DNA of 64,000 nt from positions 1,600,001 through 1,664,000 of the forward strand of contig CAVVPN010000003.1 in assembly GCA_963750165.1 (NCBI GenBank). The letters are read 5' to 3'. Source of the stretch: an uncultured Gemmataceae bacterium (lineage in GTDB: Bacteria > Planctomycetota > Planctomycetia > Gemmatales > Gemmataceae). Positions 39,325 through 49,340 of this stretch are shown here, piece after piece. Position 1 is the first letter of the stretch. Each line of letters opens with the position of its first letter. The position numbers and the translations under genes are program-made. The notes under the pieces were generated by a model. The model saw only the letters and a program-made list of their open reading frames with translations. It was not told the origin of the DNA and did not search any database.

Positions 39325-41046
39325 ATGGAGCGTGCGGGGCGCTGGGAAAAGCTGGGCGATTGGGGTTGGCTGCTGTTCTGGGGGGCGCTGTCGTCGGTCT
39401 GGTGCGTGACCGCGGCGGCGCGACTCGGGGCCACCTTCGACGAGCCGCTGTACGTGCAGCGCGGCCTCGAAGGCTGGCGCGCCTTCAGCCATTACGGCCT
39501 GCTCAAGGTCGGCACCATGCCGCTGCCCATCGACGTGGAAACGCTGCCGCTCTACCTCCACGAGCGCTACACCGGCACGCGGCTTAACCCGGTCGATGAC
39601 CTGCCGCGGCTGCTGGTGTACGCCCGGCTGGGCATGCTGGCGTTCTGGTGGTTGCTGCTGGTCTACGGCCGGCTGTGGGGCAGGGCGCTGGCGGGGCCGT
39701 GGGGCGGCCGGCTCGCGGTCGCGTTCCTGGCCGTCGAGCCGGCGCTGCTGGCCAACGCCAGCCTCGCCACCACCGACGTGCCGCTCAGCGCCTGTCTGCT
39801 GGCGCTGGTGTACCACTTCCGCCAGAGCCGCACCGCCGCCTGGCGCTGGCGTGTCGGCGTGCCGGCGCTGTGGTTCGCTGCCGCCGTGCTCGCCAAGGCC
39901 AGCGGTCTCGTCTTCAGTCCCATCTGCCTGTTTGTCGTCGAGCTGGAACGCCTGGCCCGCAGCGGCGCGCTGACCGGCGGTTGGCCGGACGGCTGGCGGG
40001 CGCGCGTCGGCCATCTGTGGGCGCTGTGGGCGCCGTGGCGGCGCGACATGGTGCGCAGCGGCCTGCTCGGCCTGGCGCTGGTGTTCGTCTACTGCGGCAG
40101 CGACTTCCAGACGGAGCCATCGTTCGTGGCCTGGGCACACGGCCTGCCGGAGGGCGGCGGCCGTGAGGGGTGGGTGTGGCTGGCGGACCACCTGCGCATC
40201 TTCCCCAACGCCGGCGAGGGCCTGGTGCGGCAGATCAAGCACAACCTGCACGGTCACACGACGTATCTGCTCGGCCAGGGCGAAGCGCGAGCGTTCTGGT
40301 ACTACTTCCCGGTGCTGCTAACGATCAAGCTGACGCTGCCGATCCTGCTGGCGCCGTTGGTGGTGGCGCTGCTGCGGCCGCGGAGCCTGCTGAACACCGC
40401 CTGCTTTTGTGCCGCGGTGCTGGTCGTGGCCAGCGTGAATTTCCGCGTCCAGATCGGCATCCGTTTGATCCTGCCGCTGGTGGCGCTGCTGGTGATCGGC
40501 GTCGCGGCGGCGGCGGCGGATGCCGCGGCGCGGCTGGGGCCGAGCCGGCGGCGGTGGGCGTTGCGGGGGTTCGTCGCGGCGGGGCTGCTGTGGACGGCGG
40601 CGGCGGACGCCCGAGTGTGGCCGCACGGCCTGTGCTACCTCAACGAACTGTGGGGCCGGCCCATCGACGGCTACCGCCACGTCGCTGACGCCAACTACGA
40701 CTGGGGCCAGGGCTTGCCGGAGCTGGCGCGCTGGCAGCGGCGGCACCGCCTGGAGACGCTTGACGTGTGGTATTACGGCACCGACCCGCTCATGGACCGG
40801 CTGCCGATGCGACATCAGATGTTCCATGTCATGCCGATCCACAACGAGGCGGACATCGCGGGCCTGGTGCGCGGCCATCGCGTCGCGGTGAGCACGACGC
40901 TGCTGTGTACCTACCCGATGACGGACGCGCACCGGTACTCGGCGGCGTTTTTCCGCGGCCACCCCGAGCGCCGCGTCGGCCGGACCATGACGTTTTTCAT
41001 CTACGACTTCACGCAACCCGGCGACAACCGCACCGCGGCGCGGTAG
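39325..41046 (+). CDS. GT-C fold glycosyltransferase (GT39/ArnT-like)
   Basis: ATFDEP, LATTD, LAK, WYYFPV..IKL and DANYDWGQ motifs; multiple TM segments. Confidence 0.85.
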   Translation: MERAGRWEKLGDWGWLLFWGALSSVWCVTAAARLGATFDEPLYVQRGLEGWRAFSHYGLLKVGTMPLPIDVETLPLYLHERYTGTRLNPVDDLPRLLVYARLGMLAFWWLLLVYGRLWGRALAGPWGGRLAVAFLAVEPALLANASLATTDVPLSACLLALVYHFRQSRTAAWRWRVGVPALWFAAAVLAKASGLVFSPICLFVVELERLARSGALTGGWPDGWRARVGHLWALWAPWRRDMVRSGLLGLALVFVYCGSDFQTEPSFVAWAHGLPEGGGREGWVWLADHLRIFPNAGEGLVRQIKHNLHGHTTYLLGQGEARAFWYYFPVLLTIKLTLPILLAPLVVALLRPRSLLNTACFCAAVLVVASVNFRVQIGIRLILPLVALLVIGVAAAAADAAARLGPSRRRWALRGFVAAGLLWTAAADARVWPHGLCYLNELWGRPIDGYRHVADANYDWGQGLPELARWQRRHRLETLDVWYYGTDPLMDRLPMRHQMFHVMPIHNEADIAGLVRGHRVAVSTTLLCTYPMTDAHRYSAAFFRGHPERRVGRTMTFFIYDFTQPGDNRTAAR

Positions 41047-41091
41047 CCTGGAGAGTGACAGGCGGTATCCGACGCGACTGCGGAGAGTGCC

Positions 41092-41832
41092 ATGACCGAG
41101 GCGGAGTGGCTGTGTTGTACGGACGACCCGGTTGGCATGTTGCTGGAGGTCTGTTCGCCTCCGAACAAACGTAAACTGGCCCTCTTTACCTGCTCCAGTC
41201 TGCGGGGGGTGTGGGATCAAATTCCTGTCGCCCTTCAAAAAGCACTGACTGAAATCGAGCTGGCGGTTAATGAAATCTCCGCCGCCGACCTGTCATGGCT
41301 CGGGGAAAGCGCCCTCATCTCGATTGAGGTCGAACTACTGGAAAAGGTTTGGGACAGCGATGTCGGACAATTGACGCCAAATTGGAGTCCTGAAATTGCC
41401 CGTCTCGCATCGGTATTGTTGCCCGGCACCGCCTCTTTCAACTTCAGTGATTGGGGGCCGCTGGAGGAGGAGGAACGGCGCGTGTCTGTTCACGCCCAGA
41501 GTTTCGGCCTTCCCGTGGCAACCGCCTGGCAGCGCGGCCGATCCCAACAGTGCGACTTGCTCCGTGACATCTTCGGCCCCATGAATCAGGAGATCCACAT
41601 CGACCCCGATTGGCTCGCCTGGGACGGAGGCACAATCCCCAAACTTGCCGCCAGCATTTTCGAAAAGCGCAGTTTTGATCGCCTACCGATCCTGGCAGAC
41701 GCCCTGGAGGAGGCGGGCTGTCAGGACGCCGAATTGCTACGCCACTGCCGCACGCCCGGCCTCCATGTCCGTGGGTGCTGGGCCGTGGACGCGCTACTGG
41801 GGAAGCCAGCGGTTTGCTGGACGCCTTGCTAA
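41092..41832 (+). CDS. Gemmataceae-expanded 'MTEAEWL...HVRGCW' family protein
   Basis: Conserved N-terminus MTEAEWL..DP..ML..RKL and C-terminus LLRDIFG...LPILADALEEAGC...HCR..G.HVRGCWAVD. Confidence 0.8.
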   Translation: MTEAEWLCCTDDPVGMLLEVCSPPNKRKLALFTCSSLRGVWDQIPVALQKALTEIELAVNEISAADLSWLGESALISIEVELLEKVWDSDVGQLTPNWSPEIARLASVLLPGTASFNFSDWGPLEEEERRVSVHAQSFGLPVATAWQRGRSQQCDLLRDIFGPMNQEIHIDPDWLAWDGGTIPKLAASIFEKRSFDRLPILADALEEAGCQDAELLRHCRTPGLHVRGCWAVDALLGKPAVCWTPC

Positions 41833-41842
41833 GAGCACTCTC

Positions 41843-43114
41843 ATGCCCCCGATGCGACGCCTGGCCGAAACCACCGTACTGACGCTCTGCGGCCTGCTGC
41901 TGCTGCACGCCTTCGTCATCACGCTCTGCCAGGTTCCCGGCGGCAGCATGGCCCCAACGCTGCACGGCCGGCACCGCGTTTGCACCTGTCCACGCTGCGG
42001 TCTGCGCGTCACCGTCGGCCACGGCCGCGGCCGCAGTTACGACCACGCCGCCTGTCCGAACTGCGACTTCCGCCCACTGCCGCTCGACGGTGCCGATCAG
42101 CCGGGCGACCAGCTGTGGGTTTTGCAGCCGGCTTTTTTGTGGTGGCCGCCGGCGCGCTGGGAAATTATCGTGTTCCGCTGGCTCGGCGAGTTGTTCATCA
42201 AGCGCGTGGTCGGCCTGCCGGGCGAAACGGTGGCGGTCCACGGCGGCGACGTGTACGTCAATGGCGAACTGGTGCGCAAGTCGCTGGCGGAGGCGCGGGC
42301 GCTGCGCGTACTGGTGTTCGACGGCGATTGCATGCCGCGGCCGCAGACCTGGGCAGCGCGCTGGCGCACGGAGCCGGGCTACACTGGCAAACACCCGCTA
42401 ACCGGTACGGAACTGCACCTCGGCGGCGAACGGGATGGAAAGTGGCAGACGTTCACTTATGAGCAAGTTGCGCTCGACGATGGAAAAGCTCAACCCCTGG
42501 CCGACGAATACGCTTATAACGGCGGCGAACCCACACCCATCACCTTCGTCCACGACTTCCTGGTAGAATGCGAGGTGGAAGTGCTGGCCCCAACTGGAGC
42601 GCTGCTCGTGGGGCTGACGGATGGGCAGGATACGGTGATCGCGGAGGTCGCCATCAGCGGCGCGGACCAACCGAGCCGGTTGCGGGTGACCGGCGCGGCG
42701 ACATCGGCCCACGAACTCACCGGGGCGGGGCTGCTGCAACCCGGGCGGTCACACCGGCTGGAATTCGCGTTCGTGGACCGCCGGGCGATGCTGGCCATCG
42801 ACGGCCGTGAACCGTTCGCGGCGCTGGACCTGCCACCGGCCACGCATCGCGCCCCGGTGACGCGGCCGCTGCTCCTGGGCGTCAAGGACGGCCGCGTCGT
42901 GGTGCGGCATCTGCGGCTGTACCGCGACCTACACTACACCGACACGGGCCGCAACGCCGTGCGCGGGCAGGTTGTCCGGCTGGGGCCGGACCAATATTTT
43001 GTCCTGGGGGACAACAGCCCACTCTCCGAGGACAGCCGGTTCTGGCCCGGCAATGGGACGGTTTCGTCCGCCCAGCTGGTTGGCCGACCGTTGGGGCTGC
43101 CAGGCGGTCGCTGA
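41843..43114 (+). CDS. lepB: Signal peptidase I (S26) with CxxC...CxxC insertion
   Basis: GGSMAPTL (Ser), FIKRVVGLPGE (Lys), GDNSPLSEDSR. Confidence 0.88.
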   Translation: MPPMRRLAETTVLTLCGLLLLHAFVITLCQVPGGSMAPTLHGRHRVCTCPRCGLRVTVGHGRGRSYDHAACPNCDFRPLPLDGADQPGDQLWVLQPAFLWWPPARWEIIVFRWLGELFIKRVVGLPGETVAVHGGDVYVNGELVRKSLAEARALRVLVFDGDCMPRPQTWAARWRTEPGYTGKHPLTGTELHLGGERDGKWQTFTYEQVALDDGKAQPLADEYAYNGGEPTPITFVHDFLVECEVEVLAPTGALLVGLTDGQDTVIAEVAISGADQPSRLRVTGAATSAHELTGAGLLQPGRSHRLEFAFVDRRAMLAIDGREPFAALDLPPATHRAPVTRPLLLGVKDGRVVVRHLRLYRDLHYTDTGRNAVRGQVVRLGPDQYFVLGDNSPLSEDSRFWPGNGTVSSAQLVGRPLGLPGGR

Positions 43115-43144
43115 GCGCGGCTGCCACTTTTACAGGGGTAGGGC

Positions 43145-43620
43145 ATGACCGAGGACCTGGGCAAGAACGTGAACGACAATGGCGCGCCGCTGCGCGAACG
43201 GGTGGCCGCCGTGCCCGTCCCCAGCGACAAGCTGACCAGTCCCCCCCGCCGCTGTCCGGCCGCCGGGCGCTGGCCACCCCCGAGCCGGGCAAGTCGCCGC
43301 AGCCCCCCGAGCCCAAGGACGGCACCCGTGAGGTCATCGACACCATCGTCATTGTGGTGGTGCTGGTGCTGTTGCTGAAGGGGTTCCTGGCCGAGGCGTT
43401 CGTCATCCCGACCGGCTCCATGGCGACAACGTTGCTCGGCTACCACAAGGTGGTGACCTGCCCGGAGTGCGGCCACCAGTTTTCGGTGAATTTCAGCAAG
43501 GAGGCCGACGCCGCCGAGGAGAACCCGCAGCCCATCATTGGCTGTACGTGCGAGAACTGCCGGCTGCACATCGAATTCCCCCAACCCGGGCCGCAGCAAC
43601 GCCGACCCCCTGGGCCCTGA
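43145..43620 (+). CDS. Signal peptidase I N-terminal half (TM anchor, catalytic Ser, Zn-ribbon); frameshift in the poly-C run near 43245
   Basis: REVIDTIVIVVVLVLLLKGFLAEAFVIPTGSMATTL...CPECG...CENCR, ends at TGA. Confidence 0.75.
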
Positions 43621-43674
43621 CCCGCCTGCCCCGCGTCCGGCCCCGGCCACCCGCACAACTCAAGGACCCCTGTC

Positions 43675-45189
43675 ATGCGACGATACCTGCTCTGCCTGCT
43701 GCTCGTGACGTTGTGCGGCCTCGCCGGCTGCGGCGGCCCCTGGAGCAGCGGCGACCGCGTCCTGGTCGCCAAGTTCCTCTACGACAGCGCCGCCATGCCG
43801 CCACAGCGTTACGACGTGGTGGTCTTCAAGTATCCGCGCACGCCCGTCGAGAAGGGTACTCCCAAGAACTACATCAAGCGACTGCTCGGCCTGCCCGGCG
43901 AGATCATTGCCATCTTCTTCGGCCGGCTGTATCGCTACGCCCCGGAAAAGGTGCCCGTCGATTATTCCCGGGTCGATCCCAGGGATCTGTGGAAGAACGA
44001 GAACCTGATGGACACGGAGCCGCTGAAGTTCTCGAACCTGGACGACTACCCGCCCGAGCAACGGGCCGTCCTGGAGAAGCGCCGGCAGGAGGGCAAGACC
44101 TTCATCGAGGACTCCTGGAAGGAGGGCAAGTTCACCATCCTGCGCAAGCCACTCGACACCCTGATGGCGCTGCGCCGCGTCGTGTACGACAACGACAAGC
44201 CGGCGAAGGACCTGGAAGGCGTTCTGCCGCCGCGCTGGCAGCCCTGGGACAAGACGGTCGTCTGGAAGGCCAGCGCTGACCACGGCTTTCAGGCCGACGG
44301 CTCCGGCAACGTCGAGCAGTGGCTGCGCTATCAGCACATCCTGCGGCCCGGAGACTGGCCGAAGCGGTCGAGCCCCATGTACGCCGCGGAAGTCGAGGGG
44401 ATCAAGCAGCGTAAACAGGATCCGCAACTAATCACCGACTTCATGGGCTATAACACCTACGAGACGGCAGGCCCTCAGCATCTGCGCTCCCAGCACTGGG
44501 TCGGCGACCTGATGCTGGAGTGCCAGCTGACCGTCGAGGAGCCGCAGGGCGAGGTCTGGCTGGAGCTGTCGCGGGGTGTGGACCGCTTCCAGGCCGTGTT
44601 CGATCTGGCCAACGGCCGGTGTACGCTCTACCGTCTCGTGGCCAGGGACGCCGGCGGCTCCCTGCGGAAGGAGAAGATGGCCGCGGCGGACACGCGCGTC
44701 AATGCGCGCGGCAAGTACCAGCTGCGCTTCGCCAACTTCGATGACCGGCTGACGCTCTGGGTGGACGGCGACCTGCCGTTCGGCGATGGCCAGGAGTACG
44801 CGGCGCCGCCGGAGCACGGCCCCGACGCGCGCTCGGCCGAGGTCAACAACGACCTGCACCCGGCGAGCATCGCCAGCAAGGCCGCCAAGGTGCAGGTCCA
44901 CCACCTCAAGTTGTGGCGCGACACGTATTACACGAAGGTGCCCTCGGACGCGGACGCCGTTCCGACCGAAGCGGGCGCGGACGGTTGGTCCAACCCAAAC
45001 AGGTGGGGGCCGATCCGCAACATCACCTTCCGCGGCATGTACGTCCATCCGGGCCATTACCTGTGCCTGGGCGACAACAGCCCGGAGAGTTCCGACAGCC
45101 GCGACTGGGGCCTGGTGCCGGAACGGCTGCTGCTCGGGCGGGCGCTGATGGTGTACTTCCCGCTGGAGCGTATGGGGCGGATCAAGTAA
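43675..45189 (+). CDS. Signal peptidase I C-terminal half (catalytic Lys) with its own lipoprotein-type signal
   Basis: MRRYLLCLLLVTLCGLAGC; GDRVLVAKFLY, NYIKRLLGLPGE, GDNSPESSDSR; no Ser box. Confidence 0.8.
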   Translation: MRRYLLCLLLVTLCGLAGCGGPWSSGDRVLVAKFLYDSAAMPPQRYDVVVFKYPRTPVEKGTPKNYIKRLLGLPGEIIAIFFGRLYRYAPEKVPVDYSRVDPRDLWKNENLMDTEPLKFSNLDDYPPEQRAVLEKRRQEGKTFIEDSWKEGKFTILRKPLDTLMALRRVVYDNDKPAKDLEGVLPPRWQPWDKTVVWKASADHGFQADGSGNVEQWLRYQHILRPGDWPKRSSPMYAAEVEGIKQRKQDPQLITDFMGYNTYETAGPQHLRSQHWVGDLMLECQLTVEEPQGEVWLELSRGVDRFQAVFDLANGRCTLYRLVARDAGGSLRKEKMAAADTRVNARGKYQLRFANFDDRLTLWVDGDLPFGDGQEYAAPPEHGPDARSAEVNNDLHPASIASKAAKVQVHHLKLWRDTYYTKVPSDADAVPTEAGADGWSNPNRWGPIRNITFRGMYVHPGHYLCLGDNSPESSDSRDWGLVPERLLLGRALMVYFPLERMGRIK

Positions 45190-45249
45190 GGTTTTTTCTC
45201 CCTCCCCCTGGTGGGAGGGAGTCGAGCTGAGAGCCAGCGCAGGGACGCC

Positions 45250-45633
45250 ATGTTGAGCTGCGACACCACCATCCGCGTGCGCTACGCGGAAACCGACCGC
45301 ATGGGGCTGCTGCACCACGCGAACTACCTGGTCTACTTCGAGCAGGGCCGCACGGAATTATTGCGCACGCGCGGCTTGACGTACAAGGATCTGGAGGACC
45401 AGGGCTTTCTGCTGGTGCTGACACGCCTGCAGGTGCGCTACCGCAGTCCGGCGTTTTACGACGACTTGCTGACCCTGCGGACAACGGTCGTGCGGACAAC
45501 GCTGGTAAAGATCGAACACAAGTACGAGTTGTACCGCGGCGAGACGCTGGTGGCGGAGGCGGAGACGACGCTCGGCTGCGTTGATCGCCAGGGGCACGTG
45601 CAGGCGCTACCGGAATTCTTGCGTCAGGAATAG
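45250..45633 (+). CDS. YbgC/FadM-family acyl-CoA thioesterase
   Basis: IRVRYAETDRMGLLHHANYLVYFEQGRTE. Confidence 0.92.
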   Translation: MLSCDTTIRVRYAETDRMGLLHHANYLVYFEQGRTELLRTRGLTYKDLEDQGFLLVLTRLQVRYRSPAFYDDLLTLRTTVVRTTLVKIEHKYELYRGETLVAEAETTLGCVDRQGHVQALPEFLRQE

Positions 45634-45735
45634 TCAATAGTCATTAGTCATTAGTCATTAGTCATTAGTAACCCGGGTCTCCGCCAAGGGCAGGAATTTG
45701 GATTACTAATGACTAATGACTAATGACTAATGACT
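45632..45735. repeat. Inverted arrays of the 7-mer GTCATTA / TAATGAC
   Basis: About 5 forward and 4 reverse heptamers around a spacer. Confidence 0.9.
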
Positions 45736-45753
45736 CCTCCGAAGGAGGCTGCT

Positions 45754-46281
45754 GTGCGGCGAATGGTGATTCGGCTGGTGCTGCCGCTGATCCTGTGTGC
45801 CCTACCGCTGCTGGTCGCGGCCCTGGTGGCGACCGCCACGCCCGCCGCCGCACGCACCTTCTATCTGCACCGCGTCGCCGACTCGCCCATTGACTGGATC
45901 ATTCTGGGCCTGGGGCTGAGCCTGTTCACGATGCAGCTGATGCTCACCTGGCGGGCGCTGCAGTGGCGCGGCGGCGGCTTCGACGAGCGGCCCGACCACT
46001 GGCTGAACAACCTCGCCCAGGCCGCCGAGTGGTTTCCCATGCTTGGCCTGATCGGCACGGTGACCGGCATCCTGCAAACTTTCAGCACCATTGCCGAAGA
46101 CCCATCGGTAACGACCCGAACCATCATCGGCCTGTACGCCCCGGCCATCACCGCGACTGGCAGCGGCCTGTTCATGGCCCTGATTAATATCCTGCCGACG
46201 TGGGTGGTGCTGCTGGGACGTGACCTGATCCTGTCGCTGGGCGGCAGCGGCCCGTCGGCCTCGGGGGGCCCGCGGTCATGA
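45754..46281 (+). CDS. MotA/TolQ/ExbB proton-channel family protein
   Basis: FPMLGLIGTVTGILQTF...PAITATGSGL; AAGGAGG RBS before the GTG/ATG starts. Confidence 0.82.
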   Translation: MRRMVIRLVLPLILCALPLLVAALVATATPAAARTFYLHRVADSPIDWIILGLGLSLFTMQLMLTWRALQWRGGGFDERPDHWLNNLAQAAEWFPMLGLIGTVTGILQTFSTIAEDPSVTTRTIIGLYAPAITATGSGLFMALINILPTWVVLLGRDLILSLGGSGPSASGGPRS

Positions 46282-46781
46282 TCCACATGCCCCGGCGCAG
46301 CGTCACGCGCTTCTTCATCCCGCTCATCGACGTGATGATCCTGCTGTTCTGCATCTTCCTGCTGCTGCCGGTCTTCAAGGAAGCGCCCGACAACCCCGAT
46401 GCGGACGCCAAGAAAAAGTCCCTCAACCAGGAGGAGGAGTTGAAGAAACTCCGGGCCGAACTGGCTGAACTGCGCAAGGGGCAGCGCGGCGTGGCGGTGC
46501 GGGTGCTGGAGGTGGACCCGCGCACCGGCGCCCTGTTCTATTACCAAAAAGGGGAGCGGCAGGATCTGGACTCGGCGGCGAAGGTCGCGGCGCTGGTCGC
46601 CCGGCACGAGCGCGAGGCGAAGGACCAGGCCGCAACGGGTTCGCCCGCGCCGGAACTGCGCTACATCATCCTCTACCCGCCGCCGGCGCTGGAGTCCGTC
46701 CAGCCGACCGGCAACCGGTTGAAGGATTACGAGCACTGGTTCGGCAAAACGCACTACGTCCTGGATAAGCGCGGCGGCTGA
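46278..46781 (+). CDS. ExbD/TolR-like protein
   Basis: FFIPLIDVMILLFCIFLL TM segment with the conserved Asp; ATGA coupling to the upstream gene. Confidence 0.78.
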   Translation: MIHMPRRSVTRFFIPLIDVMILLFCIFLLLPVFKEAPDNPDADAKKKSLNQEEELKKLRAELAELRKGQRGVAVRVLEVDPRTGALFYYQKGERQDLDSAAKVAALVARHEREAKDQAATGSPAPELRYIILYPPPALESVQPTGNRLKDYEHWFGKTHYVLDKRGG

Positions 46782-46867
46782 TCGGCCCGGCGTTGGCAGC
46801 GCCGCCTGCAGTGGCACACCCAGCCATCCTCTGCCTACTTCGAGAGGCGTGCCAGAGGAGTGAGATC

Positions 46868-47575
46868 GTGACCGAGTCGTTTGCCCCGAGCGTGCCGTTG
46901 GCGGCCCTGGACTTCAGCCTGCTGCCCGAAGTGCTGCAGCTCGCCATCCGCTTTTTCCTGGCCGTGGTGGCCGCCGTCGTCGCCTGGTTCGTGATGGGCC
47001 CGGTGGCGCGGCTGCTGTATCGCCTGGCGTTCCAGCGGCCCATGCCCAACACGCTGGCGGGCTGGTCGCAGCTGGTCGGGGCCGTGATCGTGGGCGTGCT
47101 GGTGTTCCTGTTCCTGCCGCCGTTTGGCGGAGGCGGCGGGGGCGGCGGCGGCCTGTTCGGCGGCGGCGGTGGCAACGGCACCGCGAAAAAAAATGGCAAG
47201 GGTGAGGGCAGCGACCAGACCGGCAAGGACGCCAGGGATGGCGGCACGAAAAAGGAGCGGCCCGACGTGCTTGAAGTCGAGATGGCCCCCGATGGGCTGT
47301 ATGAGTATGGCAGCGGCCGCTACTACCTGCTGTACACGCCGGAGACGCCGCGCAGTTTCGCCTCGGCGCAGGAGTACCGCAAACACCTGAAAACGCTGGC
47401 GGAGGTGAAGGACTACCTGGAGGCGAACGCCAGGCGGTACAAGGAGATGGACATCCTGATTTATGGCAACAGTGCCGAGCCGGGCAGTCCTATCGTCCTT
47501 GCGTTGACAAATCTGGCCGATCAATTCCGCCTGCCGTATTTGAAGCGGCCCCAGGGCAAGCGCAAGACCTTGTAG
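46868..47575 (+). CDS. Hypothetical membrane protein (2 TM, Gly-rich linker, soluble domain)
   Basis: Two TM helices, GGGGGGGG linker; start uncertain. Confidence 0.7.
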   Translation: MTESFAPSVPLAALDFSLLPEVLQLAIRFFLAVVAAVVAWFVMGPVARLLYRLAFQRPMPNTLAGWSQLVGAVIVGVLVFLFLPPFGGGGGGGGGLFGGGGGNGTAKKNGKGEGSDQTGKDARDGGTKKERPDVLEVEMAPDGLYEYGSGRYYLLYTPETPRSFASAQEYRKHLKTLAEVKDYLEANARRYKEMDILIYGNSAEPGSPIVLALTNLADQFRLPYLKRPQGKRKTL

Positions 47576-47615
47576 CGGTCGGCCCGCGCCCGCGGTCAGC
47601 AAGGGAGCGACCATC

Positions 47616-49305
47616 ATGGACCAGGCGAGTCCGAGCACGCAGACGGCCCCGGCGGTGTCGAGCCGGTCGCTGCGCGTCGTCCTGTTCGGCATGCCCAAGG
47701 CCGGCAAGTCATCGTTGCTGGGCGCCCTTGCTCAGGCGGCACAGACGCAGGAGCACATCTTCAACGGCCGTATCCTGGACAAATCGCAGCGGCTCCTGGA
47801 ACTGCAGCGCCGCCTCTACGAGGGCCGACCGCGCGAGACCCTGGAGGAGGTCGCGGCCTATGACATCGCGCTGCAGCCCCTGGGCGGCAAGCCCGGCGAA
47901 CCCACGGCCGGGACGGTGAACGCCACGCTGATCGACTGCGACGGCCGCGTCGCCAACGAGTTGCTGGCCAGGGATGATCTGAACGGCACCGGCCGGGCGC
48001 TGGCGCGGTCCGTGCTGAATGCGGACACGCTGGTGCTGGTCGTGGACGCCTCCACCGATGCGGGGACGCTGAAACAGACCTTCGGCCAGTTCGCGCAGTT
48101 CCTGCGGGCGCTGGAGATGAGCCGTGGCGAGCGCACCGAGGTCGGCGGCCTGCCGGTGTACCTGGTGCTGACCAAGTGCGACCTGCTGGCGCAAAAGACG
48201 GACACGACCGCCGCCTGGATGGATCGCATCGAGGAGCGCAAGCGTGAGGTGAGCCAGCGCTTCAAGGACTTCCTGGCGGTAAACGAAGGCAGCGACGGGG
48301 TGCCGTTCGGCAAGGTGGAGTTGAACGTGTGGGCGACGGCGGTGAAGCGGCCGGCGCTGGCGGACGCGCCGGCGCGGCCGGTGGAGCCGTATGGCGTCGC
48401 GGAGTTGTTCCGCCAGTGCCTGGAGTCGGCGGCGGCCTACCGGGAGCGGCGGACGCTGGCGAGCCGGCGGTTGCTGTTCACGCTCGGGGTCGCGGGCGGC
48501 GTCGTGGTGGCGCTGGTGCTGCTGATGCTGGTGCTGGTCCTGAGCCAGCCGTCGAAGGAAGCCACCGCGCTGAACGACGAGGTGCGTCGCTACATCGCCG
48601 CCAACGACCGGCCGGCGGAGCGCTTCCAAAACATCGACGACAAGCTGGAGCAGCTGAAGCACTTCAAGGACAGCCCGGATTTCGCGCGGTTGCCGGAGGA
48701 CTATCGCGCGGGTCGCTGCCGACCTGAAGGCGTTGACCGAGTACAAGCGCTTTACCGAACAGGTGCGCGAGGTCGGCAAGACGTTCAGCTTCGACCTGAA
48801 CCGCGTGCCGGACGACGCCGAGGAGAATCTGAAGAAGATTCAAATGGACTTGAAGGCGCTCAAGGAGCAGCAGGTGAAGTTGTCGGTGTCGCCGGAGTAT
48901 CGGGCGGCCTGGTCCTCGTCGGAGACGGTGCGGCAGCTGGACCAGTGGCTCGCGGACCTGCACATCCTGGACGCGGAGAAGGAGCAGGTTGTCCAGGAAT
49001 ATAATCAGCTGCTGCAGGAGGGCGCGGAGGCGCTGCGGCAGGGCCGGGCACGGTTCCAGAACGAGAAGGTCATCAAGGTGGAGGATCTGGATCGGGTGGA
49101 GTCGCTGAAGAACCGGTCGAAAAGGCTGGCGGAGCGGCGCACCGCGCGGGCGGACGAGTTGCTGCCTGGCGCGGCCGAGGTCAAGAACGCCCTGCTGTTC
49201 CGGTTGCGCAGCGTCCAGGCGGCGCAGCGGCGGTGGGAAGTCAGCGACGTGAAGCGGGACCTGGAAGATTACCTGAACTACATTAAATCCAGGAGCAGCG
49301 GATGA
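47616..49305 (+). CDS. Membrane-anchored TRAFAC-type GTPase with C-terminal helical domain; frameshift near 48710
   Basis: G1 GMPKAGKS, G3 DCDG, G4 TKCD, one TM helix; continues in the 48733-49305 frame. Confidence 0.78.
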
Positions 49306-49340
49306 GGCCGCTTGCGCGAGCTGGGGCCGTGGACGCTCGA

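Noticed and set aside
45754..46781. Zorya ZorA/ZorB
   Set aside because: The A-like protein lacks the long ZorA tail and the B-like protein lacks an OmpA peptidoglycan-binding domain; the pair looks ExbB/ExbD-like
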